Shown: positions 31,428-41,045, counted from the first letter of the stretch. The stretch is DNA of 64,000 nucleotides from Candidatus Margulisiibacteriota bacterium (GCA_018823125.1 JAHJIW010000010.1:26954-90953), one strand, 5' to 3'. Program-made: numbers and translations. The notes: generated from the sequence alone by a model not told the origin.

Positions 31428-33041
31428 CTAGTGCTTAAAGTGTCTTCTGCCGGTAAACACCATGACCATGCCGTGTTGATTGGCGGCATCAATGGATTCT
31501 TGATCTCTTTTCGATCCACCCGGCTGAATAATGGCGGAGATGCCGTATTTGGCCGCAAACTCTACTACATCTTTAAACGGGAAAAAGGCATCCGAAGCCA
31601 ATACGGATCCTTTTACCTCTTCACCAGATTTATTAACTGCCAGGCCCGCCGCATCAATCCGGCTCATCTGGCCAGCCCCTACCCCCAACACTTTACTATT
31701 TTTAGCGATCACGATCGCATTAGACTTAACGTGTTTACAAACACCCCAGGCAAAAAACAGATCTTCCATCTCTCCCAGTGAAGGTTGTTTAGTAGTAGCA
31801 ACTTTTATATCATTAATGGCTAACTGAATGGTATCCGCATCCTGGATCAAAAGACCTCCCGAAACTCTTTTGTAATCATAACCCCGAAACGGACGCTTCA
31901 ATGATTCCTTGCCCATTTCAATAATGCGGAGGTTTTTCTTTTGTTTAAAAATGGCCAGCGCTCCTTTTGAAAATGCGGGAGCAATGATCACTTCAATAAA
32001 TAATGAAGACATTTCTTTAGCGGCAGCTTCGTCCACTTCGCGGTTGCAGGCCACAATTGATCCGAAAGCTGAAACCGGATCCCCCTCCAGGGCTCTTTTG
32101 TACGCAATGGTTAAGTTTTCGGCTTCCGCCAAACCGCAAGGATTAGTATGTTTAATAATGGCAACGCAGGGTTTAGCAAAATAAGTAGCGGCAGCCCAGG
32201 CCGCATCCATATCCACAATATTATTAAATGATAATTCTTTACCGTGCAACTGCTCACCATTAGTGATGCCGATTCCGTATTCTTTGTTGCCGATGCCGAT
32301 TTCTTTATAAAAAGCTGCTTTTTGGTGAGGATTTTCTCCGTAGCGCAGTCCCTGAATTTTTTCTAAAGTAATGTCAACAAATTTAGGGAAAGTAGAATCC
32401 GGAATTTCATCTTTAGAACGCAGGTAAGCATAAATCAAAGAATCGTAGCGTGCGGTGTGCTCAAACGCTTTGCGCGCCAGATCTTCGCGTACAGAGTAAG
32501 AAATTTCACCATTATTACGTTTTAATTCGGATAAAACTACTTTGTAATCTGAAGGATCAACTACAATTGCCACGTTACTATAATTTTTTGCAGATGCCCT
32601 GACCATGGTCGGTCCGCCGATATCAATATTTTCAATGGCCTCTTCGTGGGTAAATGAATCTTTGCGTAATACTTTTTCGAAAGGATATAAATTGCAGACT
32701 ACGATATCGATCGGGCGGATTTTATACTTTTTCATATCCTTAACATGCTCTGGATTATTGCGGTCGGCTAAAATCCCACCATGAATTTTGGGGTGTAAAC
32801 TTTTAACCCGCCCGTCAAACATGTGCGGCGAACCGGTGACATCCTCAACCGTTAAGATGCGCAGCTTAGCTTTGCGCAGCGCCCGCGACGTTCCACCGGT
32901 AGAAACAATATTATAACCATATTGTTTTAATTCTCGTACAAATTTTTCGATACCGGTTTTATCCGAAACTGAAACCAGGGCTAATTTTTTTTCTTTTTTT
33001 ACCGTTTTCTTTTTATTTGCTCGTTTCTTCTTCCTTGGCAT
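31428..33041 (-). CDS. purH: bifunctional AICAR transformylase/IMP cyclohydrolase
   Basis: SVSDKTG, GRVKSLHP, ENIDIGGP, LRYGENPHQ, KHTNPCG, ASDAFFPF, RHFKH. Confidence 0.97.
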   Translation of the reverse strand: MPRKKKRANKKKTVKKEKKLALVSVSDKTGIEKFVRELKQYGYNIVSTGGTSRALRKAKLRILTVEDVTGSPHMFDGRVKSLHPKIHGGILADRNNPEHVKDMKKYKIRPIDIVVCNLYPFEKVLRKDSFTHEEAIENIDIGGPTMVRASAKNYSNVAIVVDPSDYKVVLSELKRNNGEISYSVREDLARKAFEHTARYDSLIYAYLRSKDEIPDSTFPKFVDITLEKIQGLRYGENPHQKAAFYKEIGIGNKEYGIGITNGEQLHGKELSFNNIVDMDAAWAAATYFAKPCVAIIKHTNPCGLAEAENLTIAYKRALEGDPVSAFGSIVACNREVDEAAAKEMSSLFIEVIIAPAFSKGALAIFKQKKNLRIIEMGKESLKRPFRGYDYKRVSGGLLIQDADTIQLAINDIKVATTKQPSLGEMEDLFFAWGVCKHVKSNAIVIAKNSKVLGVGAGQMSRIDAAGLAVNKSGEEVKGSVLASDAFFPFKDVVEFAAKYGISAIIQPGGSKRDQESIDAANQHGMVMVFTGRRHFKH

Positions 33042-33054
33042 TTTTACTTCCTTT

Positions 33055-33669
33055 CTACTTCAAAACCACTCTTCTGCCTTCAATTATTAATTTATCCTCA
33101 GCAATCAACCGGATCGCCTGAGGATAAATTACATGTTCCTGCTCTAAAATTCGGGCAGAGAGTGTTGCTACCGTATCCTTTTCCTTAACCGGAACCGCAG
33201 ACTGAATGATGATGGGTCCGGTATCGCAGCCCTCGTCTACGTAGTGGACGGTGGCGCCAGTGATGGTGACCCCGTGATCGAGCGCTGCTTTTTGCACATC
33301 GAGTCCCGGGAAAGACGGCAACAATGACGGATGGATATTAATCATTTTTCCAAAGTAATGCTCGAGCAGCACCGGTCCTACAATCCGCATGTAGCCGGCT
33401 AAACAAACTAAATCAACTTTATGCTCTTTTAAAACTTTAATGATTTCTAGTTCGTAAGTATTTTTATCTTTAAACTTTTTAGGTTCAAAAACGGCGGTAG
33501 CAATATTATGTTTTTTAGCACGCTCTAAAGCATAGGCATCCGGTTTATTACTAATTACTACTTCAACTTTGGCCTTGCCTTTTAAGACACCCGATTCAAT
33601 ACTATCAATAATTGCTTGAAGGTTTGAACCTCTACCTGACACTAAAACGGCAAGTTTTAACACAGACAA
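33055..33669 (-). CDS. purN: phosphoribosylglycinamide formyltransferase
   Basis: SGRGSNLQA, LAGYMR, NIHPSLLP, GATVHYV, DTGPII. Confidence 0.97.
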   Translation of the reverse strand: MSVLKLAVLVSGRGSNLQAIIDSIESGVLKGKAKVEVVISNKPDAYALERAKKHNIATAVFEPKKFKDKNTYELEIIKVLKEHKVDLVCLAGYMRIVGPVLLEHYFGKMINIHPSLLPSFPGLDVQKAALDHGVTITGATVHYVDEGCDTGPIIIQSAVPVKEKDTVATLSARILEQEHVIYPQAIRLIAEDKLIIEGRRVVLK

Positions 33670-34685
33670 ACTCCTTTTTGACCATCGATTATCTCGCCAA
33701 TCACGTAAGCTTTTTCTTTATTATTTTTAAGGATACGAATGGTTGAGCTCACATCTTTTTTAGCTACCACCACCACCATTCCAATCCCCATATTAAAAGT
33801 TTTATACATCTCAGCATCAGAAATTTCACCAATGTCTTGTAAAACCTCAAATATTGGTAAGGCCGGCCAGCTATCTTTTCCGATACAAGCTCCCAATTTT
33901 TTATTGGGAAGAATACGAGCTACATTTTCGGGGAATCCCCCACCCGTAATATGGGCCATCCCTTTGACATTAACTTTCTTCAAAAGATTAAGTAAAGATT
34001 TAGCATAAATTTTGGTAGGCGTTAATAATGCTTCCCCCAGTGTAGATTTTAACTCGGGCAAACGTGTAGTAACTTTCATTTTCCCAACATCAAAAAATAC
34101 TTTACGCACTAAACTGTAACCATTACTGTGGAATCCAGAAGAAGCAATCCCAATGATTACATCACCTTTTTTGATTCTGGATCCATTGATATAATTTTTC
34201 TTCTCAACTGCACCGACCGCAAAGCCCGCCAGGTCATACTCCCCTTTGGCATAAAAATCGGGCATCTCAGCGGTTTCGCCGCCGATTAAAGCACAACCGG
34301 CTAATTTACACCCTTTAGTAATTCCTTTTAAGATTTGCGCCGTAGTGCGCGGTTTAATTTTTCCGGTGGCAATATAATCTAAAAAGAAAAGCGGTTTGGC
34401 TCCACAGGTAACCACATCATCTACGTTCATGGCTACCAGATCAATCCCCACCGTATCGTGTTTATCCATCATGATTGCAATTTTAAGTTTGGTGCCCACC
34501 CCATCGGCCCCAGATATCAGCAGTGGGTTTTTATAACCAGACAACGAGTACGCCGCCCCAAAACCGCCAATACTACTTAAAACATTTCGGTCGAAAGTAG
34601 TTTTGGCCAAAGCCTTCGCCTGGCGCACTACCCCATATCCAGCTTCAATATCCACACCGGATTTTTTATAAGTTAATCCACTCAT
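33657..34685 (-). CDS. purM: phosphoribosylformylglycinamidine cyclo-ligase
   Basis: DGVGTK, GGETAEMP, SGFHSNGYSL, HITGGG, TFNMGIGM; start refined to ATG 34685. Confidence 0.97.
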   Translation of the reverse strand: MSGLTYKKSGVDIEAGYGVVRQAKALAKTTFDRNVLSSIGGFGAAYSLSGYKNPLLISGADGVGTKLKIAIMMDKHDTVGIDLVAMNVDDVVTCGAKPLFFLDYIATGKIKPRTTAQILKGITKGCKLAGCALIGGETAEMPDFYAKGEYDLAGFAVGAVEKKNYINGSRIKKGDVIIGIASSGFHSNGYSLVRKVFFDVGKMKVTTRLPELKSTLGEALLTPTKIYAKSLLNLLKKVNVKGMAHITGGGFPENVARILPNKKLGACIGKDSWPALPIFEVLQDIGEISDAEMYKTFNMGIGMVVVVAKKDVSSTIRILKNNKEKAYVIGEIIDGQKGVCLC

Positions 34686-34689
34686 TTTA

Positions 34690-34893
34690 TTACCTCGCTG
34701 ATTCAGCCGTCGCGATACCGTAATAAACATCTCCACCGCGCAATACTACAAAGAATCGGCAATCATTATTGGTACAAGCCCAAGCTTTGTAGCGGATAGA
34801 AACTGAATTATTTGAAAAGTCTGAAAGTGGAACCATTTGTCCACCACATTTGTTACATTTTGGGAAACATCCGCACTTATCTGCCATGCTCAA
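34690..34893 (-). CDS. small zinc-ribbon protein
   Basis: CNKC...LSD..YKAWACTNNDC; strong AGGGAGGTG SD (start TTG 34893 or ATG 34887); lies within the pur operon. Confidence 0.72.
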   Translation of the reverse strand: MSMADKCGCFPKCNKCGGQMVPLSDFSNNSVSIRYKAWACTNNDCRFFVVLRGGDVYYGIATAESAR

Positions 34894-34913
34894 GTCACCT
34901 CCCTTTTAACTTA

Positions 34914-36365
34914 CTAAAATAAAGCTTCTTTTTGACCGGTATCCTGAAACGCCGGGTCATCCTGAAATAACAATTTTAAACTTTCCATGCGTTCCGGAAT
35001 TTTTACCGGATACTGTCCGTTGAAACAAGCCATGCAAATATTGTTATGCGGCAGGGCCACCGCTTTTACTAAACTATCCATACTTAAATATCCCAAAGAT
35101 TCTACTCCCAGATATTTTCTGATTCCTTCCACACTTAGATTAGCCGCCACCAGTTCGGCCTTGGTCGGCGTATCGATACCATAGTAACAAGGACTGATAA
35201 CCGGTGGAGAAGAAATCCTAAGGTGCACTTCACGCGCTCCGGCATCCCGAATTAACTTAACTAACTGCCGCGAAGTGGTCCCCCTTACAATTGAATCGTC
35301 GATCACTATCACTTTTTTTCCGCGCACTGCATCCCGAATTGGATTTAATTTTATCTTTACCCCTAAATCCCTGATTTCCTGACTGGGCTGAATGAAAGTT
35401 CGGCCCACGTAGCGATTTTTGATGAGTCCTTCACCAAACGGAATGCCTGACTCCACGGCAAAACCAATCGCGGCCGGAATCCCGGATTCGGGAACCGGCA
35501 TGACCATATCGGCTTTAACCGGATGTTCTTTAGCTAAAGATTTTCCCATTTGATAACGCGCTTCATAAACATTGCGTCCGCTTAAAACGCTGTCCGGTCT
35601 GGCAAAATAGATATACTCAAAAATACAAAGTGCTTCTTTTTCTCCCCGGGACCAGGTTTTAGAGCGCAACCCGTCCTTATCAATTACTACAATTTCACCG
35701 TTAGCAACATCTCTTACAAACTGGGCACCTACAATGTCTAACGCGCAGGTTTCGGAGGCCACCACATAAGCATTGCTTAACTTTCCAATACTTAGCGGAC
35801 GAATGCCGTTGGGATCTCGAGCGGCAATAAGTTTATCCTGCGTAAGCACTACCAGAGAAAAAGCTCCCTTGCATTGTTTTAAAGTATCTACCAGAGCATT
35901 TTCAAAATCATCACTACCCGAAGTAGCAATCATCGAAGCCATTATCTCTGAATCGGTGGTGCCGACAAAGCTCATCCCGCTTTCTTTGAGACGAGCGCGT
36001 AATTCAGTTGAGTTGATTAAATTTCCGTTATGGGCCAAAGCAATCGGACCATACTTGGTATCAATCACGATGGGTTGAGCATTTTCGATAGCCGTAGACC
36101 CGGTAGTAGAATACCTTACGTGGCCGACTGCAATTTTACCTTTTAATTTTTGTAAAGCTTTTTCATTGAATACCTGATTAACTAATCCTAAGTCTTTATG
36201 GCACTTAATATCTCCCCCGCTGGTGGCCGCAATCCCCGCCGACTCCTGCCCGCGGTGCTGCAGCGCAAAAAGACCATAGTAAACCCGCTTTGCCGGAGAA
36301 TCCTCCTCAAAGTTATAGATTCCGAATACGCCGCAATGATCTTTTATTTTAGACTCTATATTCAT
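34914..36365 (-). CDS. purF: amidophosphoribosyltransferase (canonical copy)
   Basis: Propeptide + CGVFG, QHRGQE, GHVRYSTTG, HNGNL, DDSIVRGTT, four Fe-S cysteines. Confidence 0.96.
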   Translation of the reverse strand: MNIESKIKDHCGVFGIYNFEEDSPAKRVYYGLFALQHRGQESAGIAATSGGDIKCHKDLGLVNQVFNEKALQKLKGKIAVGHVRYSTTGSTAIENAQPIVIDTKYGPIALAHNGNLINSTELRARLKESGMSFVGTTDSEIMASMIATSGSDDFENALVDTLKQCKGAFSLVVLTQDKLIAARDPNGIRPLSIGKLSNAYVVASETCALDIVGAQFVRDVANGEIVVIDKDGLRSKTWSRGEKEALCIFEYIYFARPDSVLSGRNVYEARYQMGKSLAKEHPVKADMVMPVPESGIPAAIGFAVESGIPFGEGLIKNRYVGRTFIQPSQEIRDLGVKIKLNPIRDAVRGKKVIVIDDSIVRGTTSRQLVKLIRDAGAREVHLRISSPPVISPCYYGIDTPTKAELVAANLSVEGIRKYLGVESLGYLSMDSLVKAVALPHNNICMACFNGQYPVKIPERMESLKLLFQDDPAFQDTGQKEALF

Positions 36366-37650
36366 CGGTCCAACATGAAGTACAGATTTGGTCCAAAGGT
36401 TTCCCTAAAGCTTTGCCTAAATCTTCCAGTGTATTATAAGCCAAGCCTTCGACATTGATATATTCTCTCACCTGTTCAACTGTTTTTTGGTGCGCCGCTA
36501 ATTCTTTTTTAGTACGCGTGGCTACGCCATATTTACAAGGAGCTTTCAGCGGCGGACAGGCTACCCGCACGTGAATATCTTTTGCGCCATTTTTTCTTAA
36601 TTTCACCACTAAATCATTTTTCATCTGCGTTCCTCTGACAATTGAATCATCACAGATGACTAAGCTGCGATCCTTAATTTTGGCTGGAACCGGAACCAGC
36701 TTTACTTTGGCTTCACGATCCCGCTCTGCCTGGGTCGGCTGCGTATAACTGCGGCTGGCATAATCGTATTTAATAAATGCATTATCAAAGGGAATTTTTG
36801 ACTCCTGCGCATAACCAATGGCATGCCCAATTCCAGAATTGGGCACCGCCGTTACAATATCAACATCGACCGGATAGCGTTTGGCCAGCGCGGCTCCTAA
36901 ATTGCGGCGCGCAATATCCACCGATAAGCCATCGATGGTGGAAGCCACGTTAGCGGTATAAATCCATTCAAAAGCACAGTGTTGAGTAAACTCAGCCGGA
37001 ATAATTTTTACGGTGGTATATTTTGAATCTTCGATTTCTAATATTTCTCCCGGTTTTACGTCGCGATCAATGGAAAATCCTAAGTTTTCAAAAGAACAAG
37101 ATTCCGAAGAAATCGCCACCGCCCCAGCTCTTTTTCCAATGATCATCGGCCGGAAAGCATACTTATCCCGAGCCGCATAAATCTTGCCTTTGGATAAAAT
37201 GACCAAAGCGTAGGCTCCGCGGATTTTGGCCGCCATCTTCTCAATACCATCCACAAAGTTATCTCCCTGCGCAATCAATTTGGCAATCACTTCGATATCA
37301 GAATCGGTATAAAAAGAATGTCCTTGTTTTTTTAATTCATCAATGAGCTCGGCCAGGTTAATAACGTTGCCCTCAAAACAAATGGTATATTCACCCATTT
37401 TAGAATCTAATTTAATCGGCTGCCGGTCTTTTAATGCGGTATGGCCAATACCGATAGTCCCTTCCATGCCACCTAAATCATTGGTAAAGGTAGCTCTGAC
37501 CAAACCACGGTGCGTACGGATATTAATTTTTCCGTCCGCATAAGTGGAAAGCCCGCAGTACTGCTGCCCGCGATGCTGAAGATAAAAAACTCCCAGAAAC
37601 AAATCATCAATTATATTTTCCTTAGACGAAATCGCAAAAATTCCACACAT
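36349..37650 (-). CDS. purF: amidophosphoribosyltransferase paralog with divergent glutaminase site
   Basis: MCGIF, QHRGQQ, DDSIVRGT and Fe-S cysteines kept, but GHTAL and FEGN replace GHVRYST and HNGN. Confidence 0.85.
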   Translation of the reverse strand: MCGIFAISSKENIIDDLFLGVFYLQHRGQQYCGLSTYADGKINIRTHRGLVRATFTNDLGGMEGTIGIGHTALKDRQPIKLDSKMGEYTICFEGNVINLAELIDELKKQGHSFYTDSDIEVIAKLIAQGDNFVDGIEKMAAKIRGAYALVILSKGKIYAARDKYAFRPMIIGKRAGAVAISSESCSFENLGFSIDRDVKPGEILEIEDSKYTTVKIIPAEFTQHCAFEWIYTANVASTIDGLSVDIARRNLGAALAKRYPVDVDIVTAVPNSGIGHAIGYAQESKIPFDNAFIKYDYASRSYTQPTQAERDREAKVKLVPVPAKIKDRSLVICDDSIVRGTQMKNDLVVKLRKNGAKDIHVRVACPPLKAPCKYGVATRTKKELAAHQKTVEQVREYINVEGLAYNTLEDLGKALGKPLDQICTSCWTDEYRV

Positions 37651-37673
37651 ACTTTTATTACTCCAATCCTTTA

Positions 37674-38093
37674 TTATTCACCGAGTAAACTCAAAACTAC
37701 CGAACGCAACCGAGCTTTATTATCGTGATCGATTACCACAATTTGCTGCCAGGTACCCAGGGTCATTGATCCGGAAACCACTGGAACAGTTAAGGATGGG
37801 CCAATGGTTGAAGCCCTAAGATGGGCATGCCCGTTCCCGTCTCCCCAGGTATCATCGTGGGCATATCTTTTTCCCTGCGGAGCCAGTCGATCACCCAACC
37901 CAACTATATCTTTAATCAATCCAGGTTCATACTCAATCGTGGTAACCGAAGCAGTAGAACCCGGAATAAAAACGGTTAATTGACCATTTTTTACTTTTGA
38001 AGCTTTTAAAAATTCTGCGGCGTCGGCGGTAATATCGATTACGTGATCATTACCTTTGGTATTTAATTTTATGGTTTTGCTCTTAGTTACCAT
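37674..38093 (-). CDS. yjbQ: YjbQ/UPF0047 family protein
   Basis: GSTAS.TTIE, Y.HD...DGNGHAHL, LGTWQQI. Confidence 0.9.
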   Translation of the reverse strand: MVTKSKTIKLNTKGNDHVIDITADAAEFLKASKVKNGQLTVFIPGSTASVTTIEYEPGLIKDIVGLGDRLAPQGKRYAHDDTWGDGNGHAHLRASTIGPSLTVPVVSGSMTLGTWQQIVVIDHDNKARLRSVVLSLLGE

Positions 38094-39802
38094 TACCCCA
38101 GAATCCCCAGCACTTCCTGTAAAACTTCTCCTTTATCAACCAGTTTCATTTCTCCGGTTGAGCGGAGTTTTAATTCGACTTTTCCTTCTTTGAGCCCCTT
38201 CGGTCCAATAATTATTTTGATCGGAAATCCGATTAAGTCCATATCTTTTAGTTTCATCCCTACTCTACCGGGACGATCATCTAAAACTACTTCAACGCCT
38301 TCAACCGAAAGTTCTTTATAAATCTTTTCGGCCACTTCGCGCTGATCTTTTTCGTCAAAATTAACCGGAATTACCGCCACTTGATACGGAGCAATGGAAA
38401 TTGGCCAGATAATTCCATCTTTATCATTTTTTTGCTCGATGGCCGCCGCCGCCGTACGACCCACCCCTACTCCATAACAACCCATGATAAAAGGTTTTTC
38501 CTGATTATTTTCATCAATGAAGTTGGCCTTCATTTTTTTGCTGTATTTTGTTCCTAGTTTAAAAATATGACCGACTTCGATTCCTCTTTTAACTTTTAAT
38601 TTACTATTTTTACAACGCGGACAGACGTCGTGTTCTAAAGCATAACGAAGATCGGCGACGACATCGGCTTTATAATCCCGGCCATAAACAACTCCAGTTA
38701 AATGAAAATCTTGTTCGTTGGCACCAGTAACTCCATTTTCGATTAAAAGGACGGCATGATCAGCTACAATTTTTACGTTTTTCAACTTAACTGGACCGGC
38801 AAATCCCAGCGGAGCCCCGGTTACTTTTTTAATTACTTTTTCATCCGCTAATTTCAAGTCTTCAACCGCTAATACTTTTTTAAGTTTAGCTTCGTTTAAC
38901 TCGTGATCTCCTCTAACTAAAGCGGCAACCGGTCCACTTTCGGTTTCGTAGATTAAGGTTTTAATCATTTGGGCTGGTTTAACTTTTAGAAACTGGGCTA
39001 CCTCTTCGATGGTTTTTTGATCGGGGGTTTTTACTTTTTCGGGTTTTCCGTCTGATTTTGTTTGCGTTTCTGAAACTACGTATTCGGCCACTCCCGCGGC
39101 ATCACGGCTGGCACAATAATCACAACCTTCACAGAAATAAACCGGCTCTTCACCGGTATCGGCAATCACCATGAACTCCTGAGAATATCCTCCGCCAATC
39201 GCACCCGAATCAGCCTCCACCACTTTATACTCAAGACCTAACCGGTCAAAAATTCGGCAATAAGCCTGATACATATTTTGATATTCTTGATCTAAGCTTT
39301 CTTCGGTTGCGTGGAAACTATAAGCATCTTTCATGCCAAATTCCCGGCTGCGCATCACACCAAAACGCGGACGGATTTCATCTCTGAATTTATTTTGAAT
39401 TTGATACAGATTAACCGGCAGTTGTTTATATGAATTGATTGAATTTCTAACCAGATCGGTAATGATTTCTTCGTGAGTGGGTCCCAAACAAAATTCGCGG
39501 TCGTGGCGATCTTTAATGCGGAATAATTCTTTACCGTAAACGCCCCAGCGTCCGGTTTCTTTCCAGAGTTCGGCTGGTAAAAGGGCAGGCATGAAAACTT
39601 CCTGGGCACCGGCACGGTTCATTTCTTCGCGGATAATTTGTTCAACTTTTCTTAAGACTCGATAACCGAGGGGTAAAAATGTGTAAACTCCCGCCGCCAG
39701 CTTCCTGATCATCCCCGCCCGAAGCATCAATTGGTGACTTATGACCTCCGCCTCTTTGGGAACTTCCCTGAGGGTCGGAACTAACATCCTCGTCATCAAC
39801 AT
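38093..39802 (-). CDS. proS: proline--tRNA ligase with INS editing domain
   Basis: LGPTHEE, KFRDEIRPRFG, KDAYSF, GFAGP, EVGHIFKLG, MGCYG.G. Confidence 0.97.
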   Translation of the reverse strand: MLMTRMLVPTLREVPKEAEVISHQLMLRAGMIRKLAAGVYTFLPLGYRVLRKVEQIIREEMNRAGAQEVFMPALLPAELWKETGRWGVYGKELFRIKDRHDREFCLGPTHEEIITDLVRNSINSYKQLPVNLYQIQNKFRDEIRPRFGVMRSREFGMKDAYSFHATEESLDQEYQNMYQAYCRIFDRLGLEYKVVEADSGAIGGGYSQEFMVIADTGEEPVYFCEGCDYCASRDAAGVAEYVVSETQTKSDGKPEKVKTPDQKTIEEVAQFLKVKPAQMIKTLIYETESGPVAALVRGDHELNEAKLKKVLAVEDLKLADEKVIKKVTGAPLGFAGPVKLKNVKIVADHAVLLIENGVTGANEQDFHLTGVVYGRDYKADVVADLRYALEHDVCPRCKNSKLKVKRGIEVGHIFKLGTKYSKKMKANFIDENNQEKPFIMGCYGVGVGRTAAAAIEQKNDKDGIIWPISIAPYQVAVIPVNFDEKDQREVAEKIYKELSVEGVEVVLDDRPGRVGMKLKDMDLIGFPIKIIIGPKGLKEGKVELKLRSTGEMKLVDKGEVLQEVLGILG

Positions 39803-39837
39803 GCGCCCAATACCGATCCTTTTTTCAAATTTATCCC

Positions 39838-39869
39838 AAAAAATTAACCCCTAAAGCTAGGGGTTAATT
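39838..39869 (-). terminator. perfect 12-bp hairpin with U-tract upstream of proS
   Basis: AATTAACCCCTA-AAGC-TAGGGGTTAATT, with T residues following on the minus strand. Confidence 0.6.
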
Positions 39870-39900
39870 ACGGGCGCATTATAGCATAATATTTCGGTTA

Positions 39901-40611
39901 CTACCGGTAATTTTTCATGAAGCCCTTCATGCGTTCCTGCATGAATTTTTCCTGGCTGACAATTTTAGTTCCTTTGGGTAAAGTTACCTCTGATTCGGAA
40001 ACTTTTCCGCCGACTTCAACCTTGGTATAGATAATTTCCATATAGTCTCCAGCTTGAACAACTTTCACTTTTAAAGGTATTTGATCTTTATCCCTTAACC
40101 AAGCGTAAACCTCGCTTTTTTGTTCGCTTTTTTTGGCGCTGTCTACCGGCAGGCCGCCGCGATAAACACCCGTATAATTAAACTTATATTTGGTGCACAT
40201 TTGACCGTTTATTTTTTCTTTGCCAACTTTTTGAGCATTGTATTTTTTTAATTCTGCTTCAATTTTTAAAGGGTTATCAATTTTTTCTTTTTCGGACCGG
40301 TCAATTTTAATTTCGTAGGCCATTTTTGATTTGGAGTCGTATGTATAAACTGCTTTGGGGGTCATATAATTTATAGTTGTACTATCCATTCCCGGAATAT
40401 TGAAAGCCATCTTAGTTTCGACGCACTGCTTGTCCCCTTTCATGACCATTTTATTAGTACTAATAATCATGGATTTACCTTTTTGATAACCTTTAATGGT
40501 TGAGTTAAATCTACCAGTGGTAAATTTTATTTTGGCCTCTTCTTTTCCAAAACATCCGGCTAATAAGACCACTAATAACAAAACCATAATCAAGCCCATA
40601 AACTTTTTCAT
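39901..40611 (-). CDS. lipoprotein, DUF4412/LolA-like fold probable
   Basis: LLAGC lipobox, AAGGAGG SD, KVGKEKING..CTKY, W......PLK, F/V.LP.G pattern; start refined to ATG 40611. Confidence 0.7.
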   Translation of the reverse strand: MKKFMGLIMVLLLVVLLAGCFGKEEAKIKFTTGRFNSTIKGYQKGKSMIISTNKMVMKGDKQCVETKMAFNIPGMDSTTINYMTPKAVYTYDSKSKMAYEIKIDRSEKEKIDNPLKIEAELKKYNAQKVGKEKINGQMCTKYKFNYTGVYRGGLPVDSAKKSEQKSEVYAWLRDKDQIPLKVKVVQAGDYMEIIYTKVEVGGKVSESEVTLPKGTKIVSQEKFMQERMKGFMKNYR

Positions 40612-40624
40612 CTTTTCCTCCTTA

Positions 40625-41044
40625 TTAATATTCGCCTTCACTCGGTGGTTTTCTAAATTTTTTCTTTTTGGACTGGATTTTTTTTTGCTGCAGCATTTTT
40701 TCCTTGGATCGCCTAGATCGTTTTCTTTTTTGACGCCTAATTTTTTCGATACGGCGGCGTTCGGCGCTTTTTTTACCTAGAATTTGAGATTCGATTTTAT
40801 CCACTAAAATACGGCGGGCTAAAAATCGATTGAGGGCTTGGGATCTTTCCCGGGCACACTTAACTTCAATCCCGGTTGGAATATGTTTTAAATAAACACA
40901 GGTGGCCGTTTTATTAACATTTTGCCCACCGGCCCCGCCCGACCGGATAAACTTTTCGATAATATCTGATTCGTTAATCCCCAAACGCTGCATTTTGGCT
41001 TTTAACTTATCTTGTTTATCCTGGCTGACAAAATGATCAAACAT
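40625..41044 (-). CDS. peptide chain release factor-like peptidyl-tRNA hydrolase (ArfB/C12orf65-like)
   Basis: FIRSGGAGGQNVNK GGQ motif, HIPTG..V.C..ERSQ..N, highly basic C-terminal tail. Confidence 0.88.
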   Translation of the reverse strand: MFDHFVSQDKQDKLKAKMQRLGINESDIIEKFIRSGGAGGQNVNKTATCVYLKHIPTGIEVKCARERSQALNRFLARRILVDKIESQILGKKSAERRRIEKIRRQKRKRSRRSKEKMLQQKKIQSKKKKFRKPPSEGEY

Positions 41045-41045
41045 A

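Noticed and set aside
36349..37650. Second purF as an assembly duplication or pseudogene
   Set aside because: The two copies are highly divergent, and this ORF is intact with PRPP and Fe-S motifs and overlap coupling to its neighbour.
40141..40154. GTCTACCGGCAGGC resembling a REP-like palindrome inside the lipoprotein gene
   Set aside because: Imperfect pairing, single copy, and no evidence that the encoded residues are an insertion.
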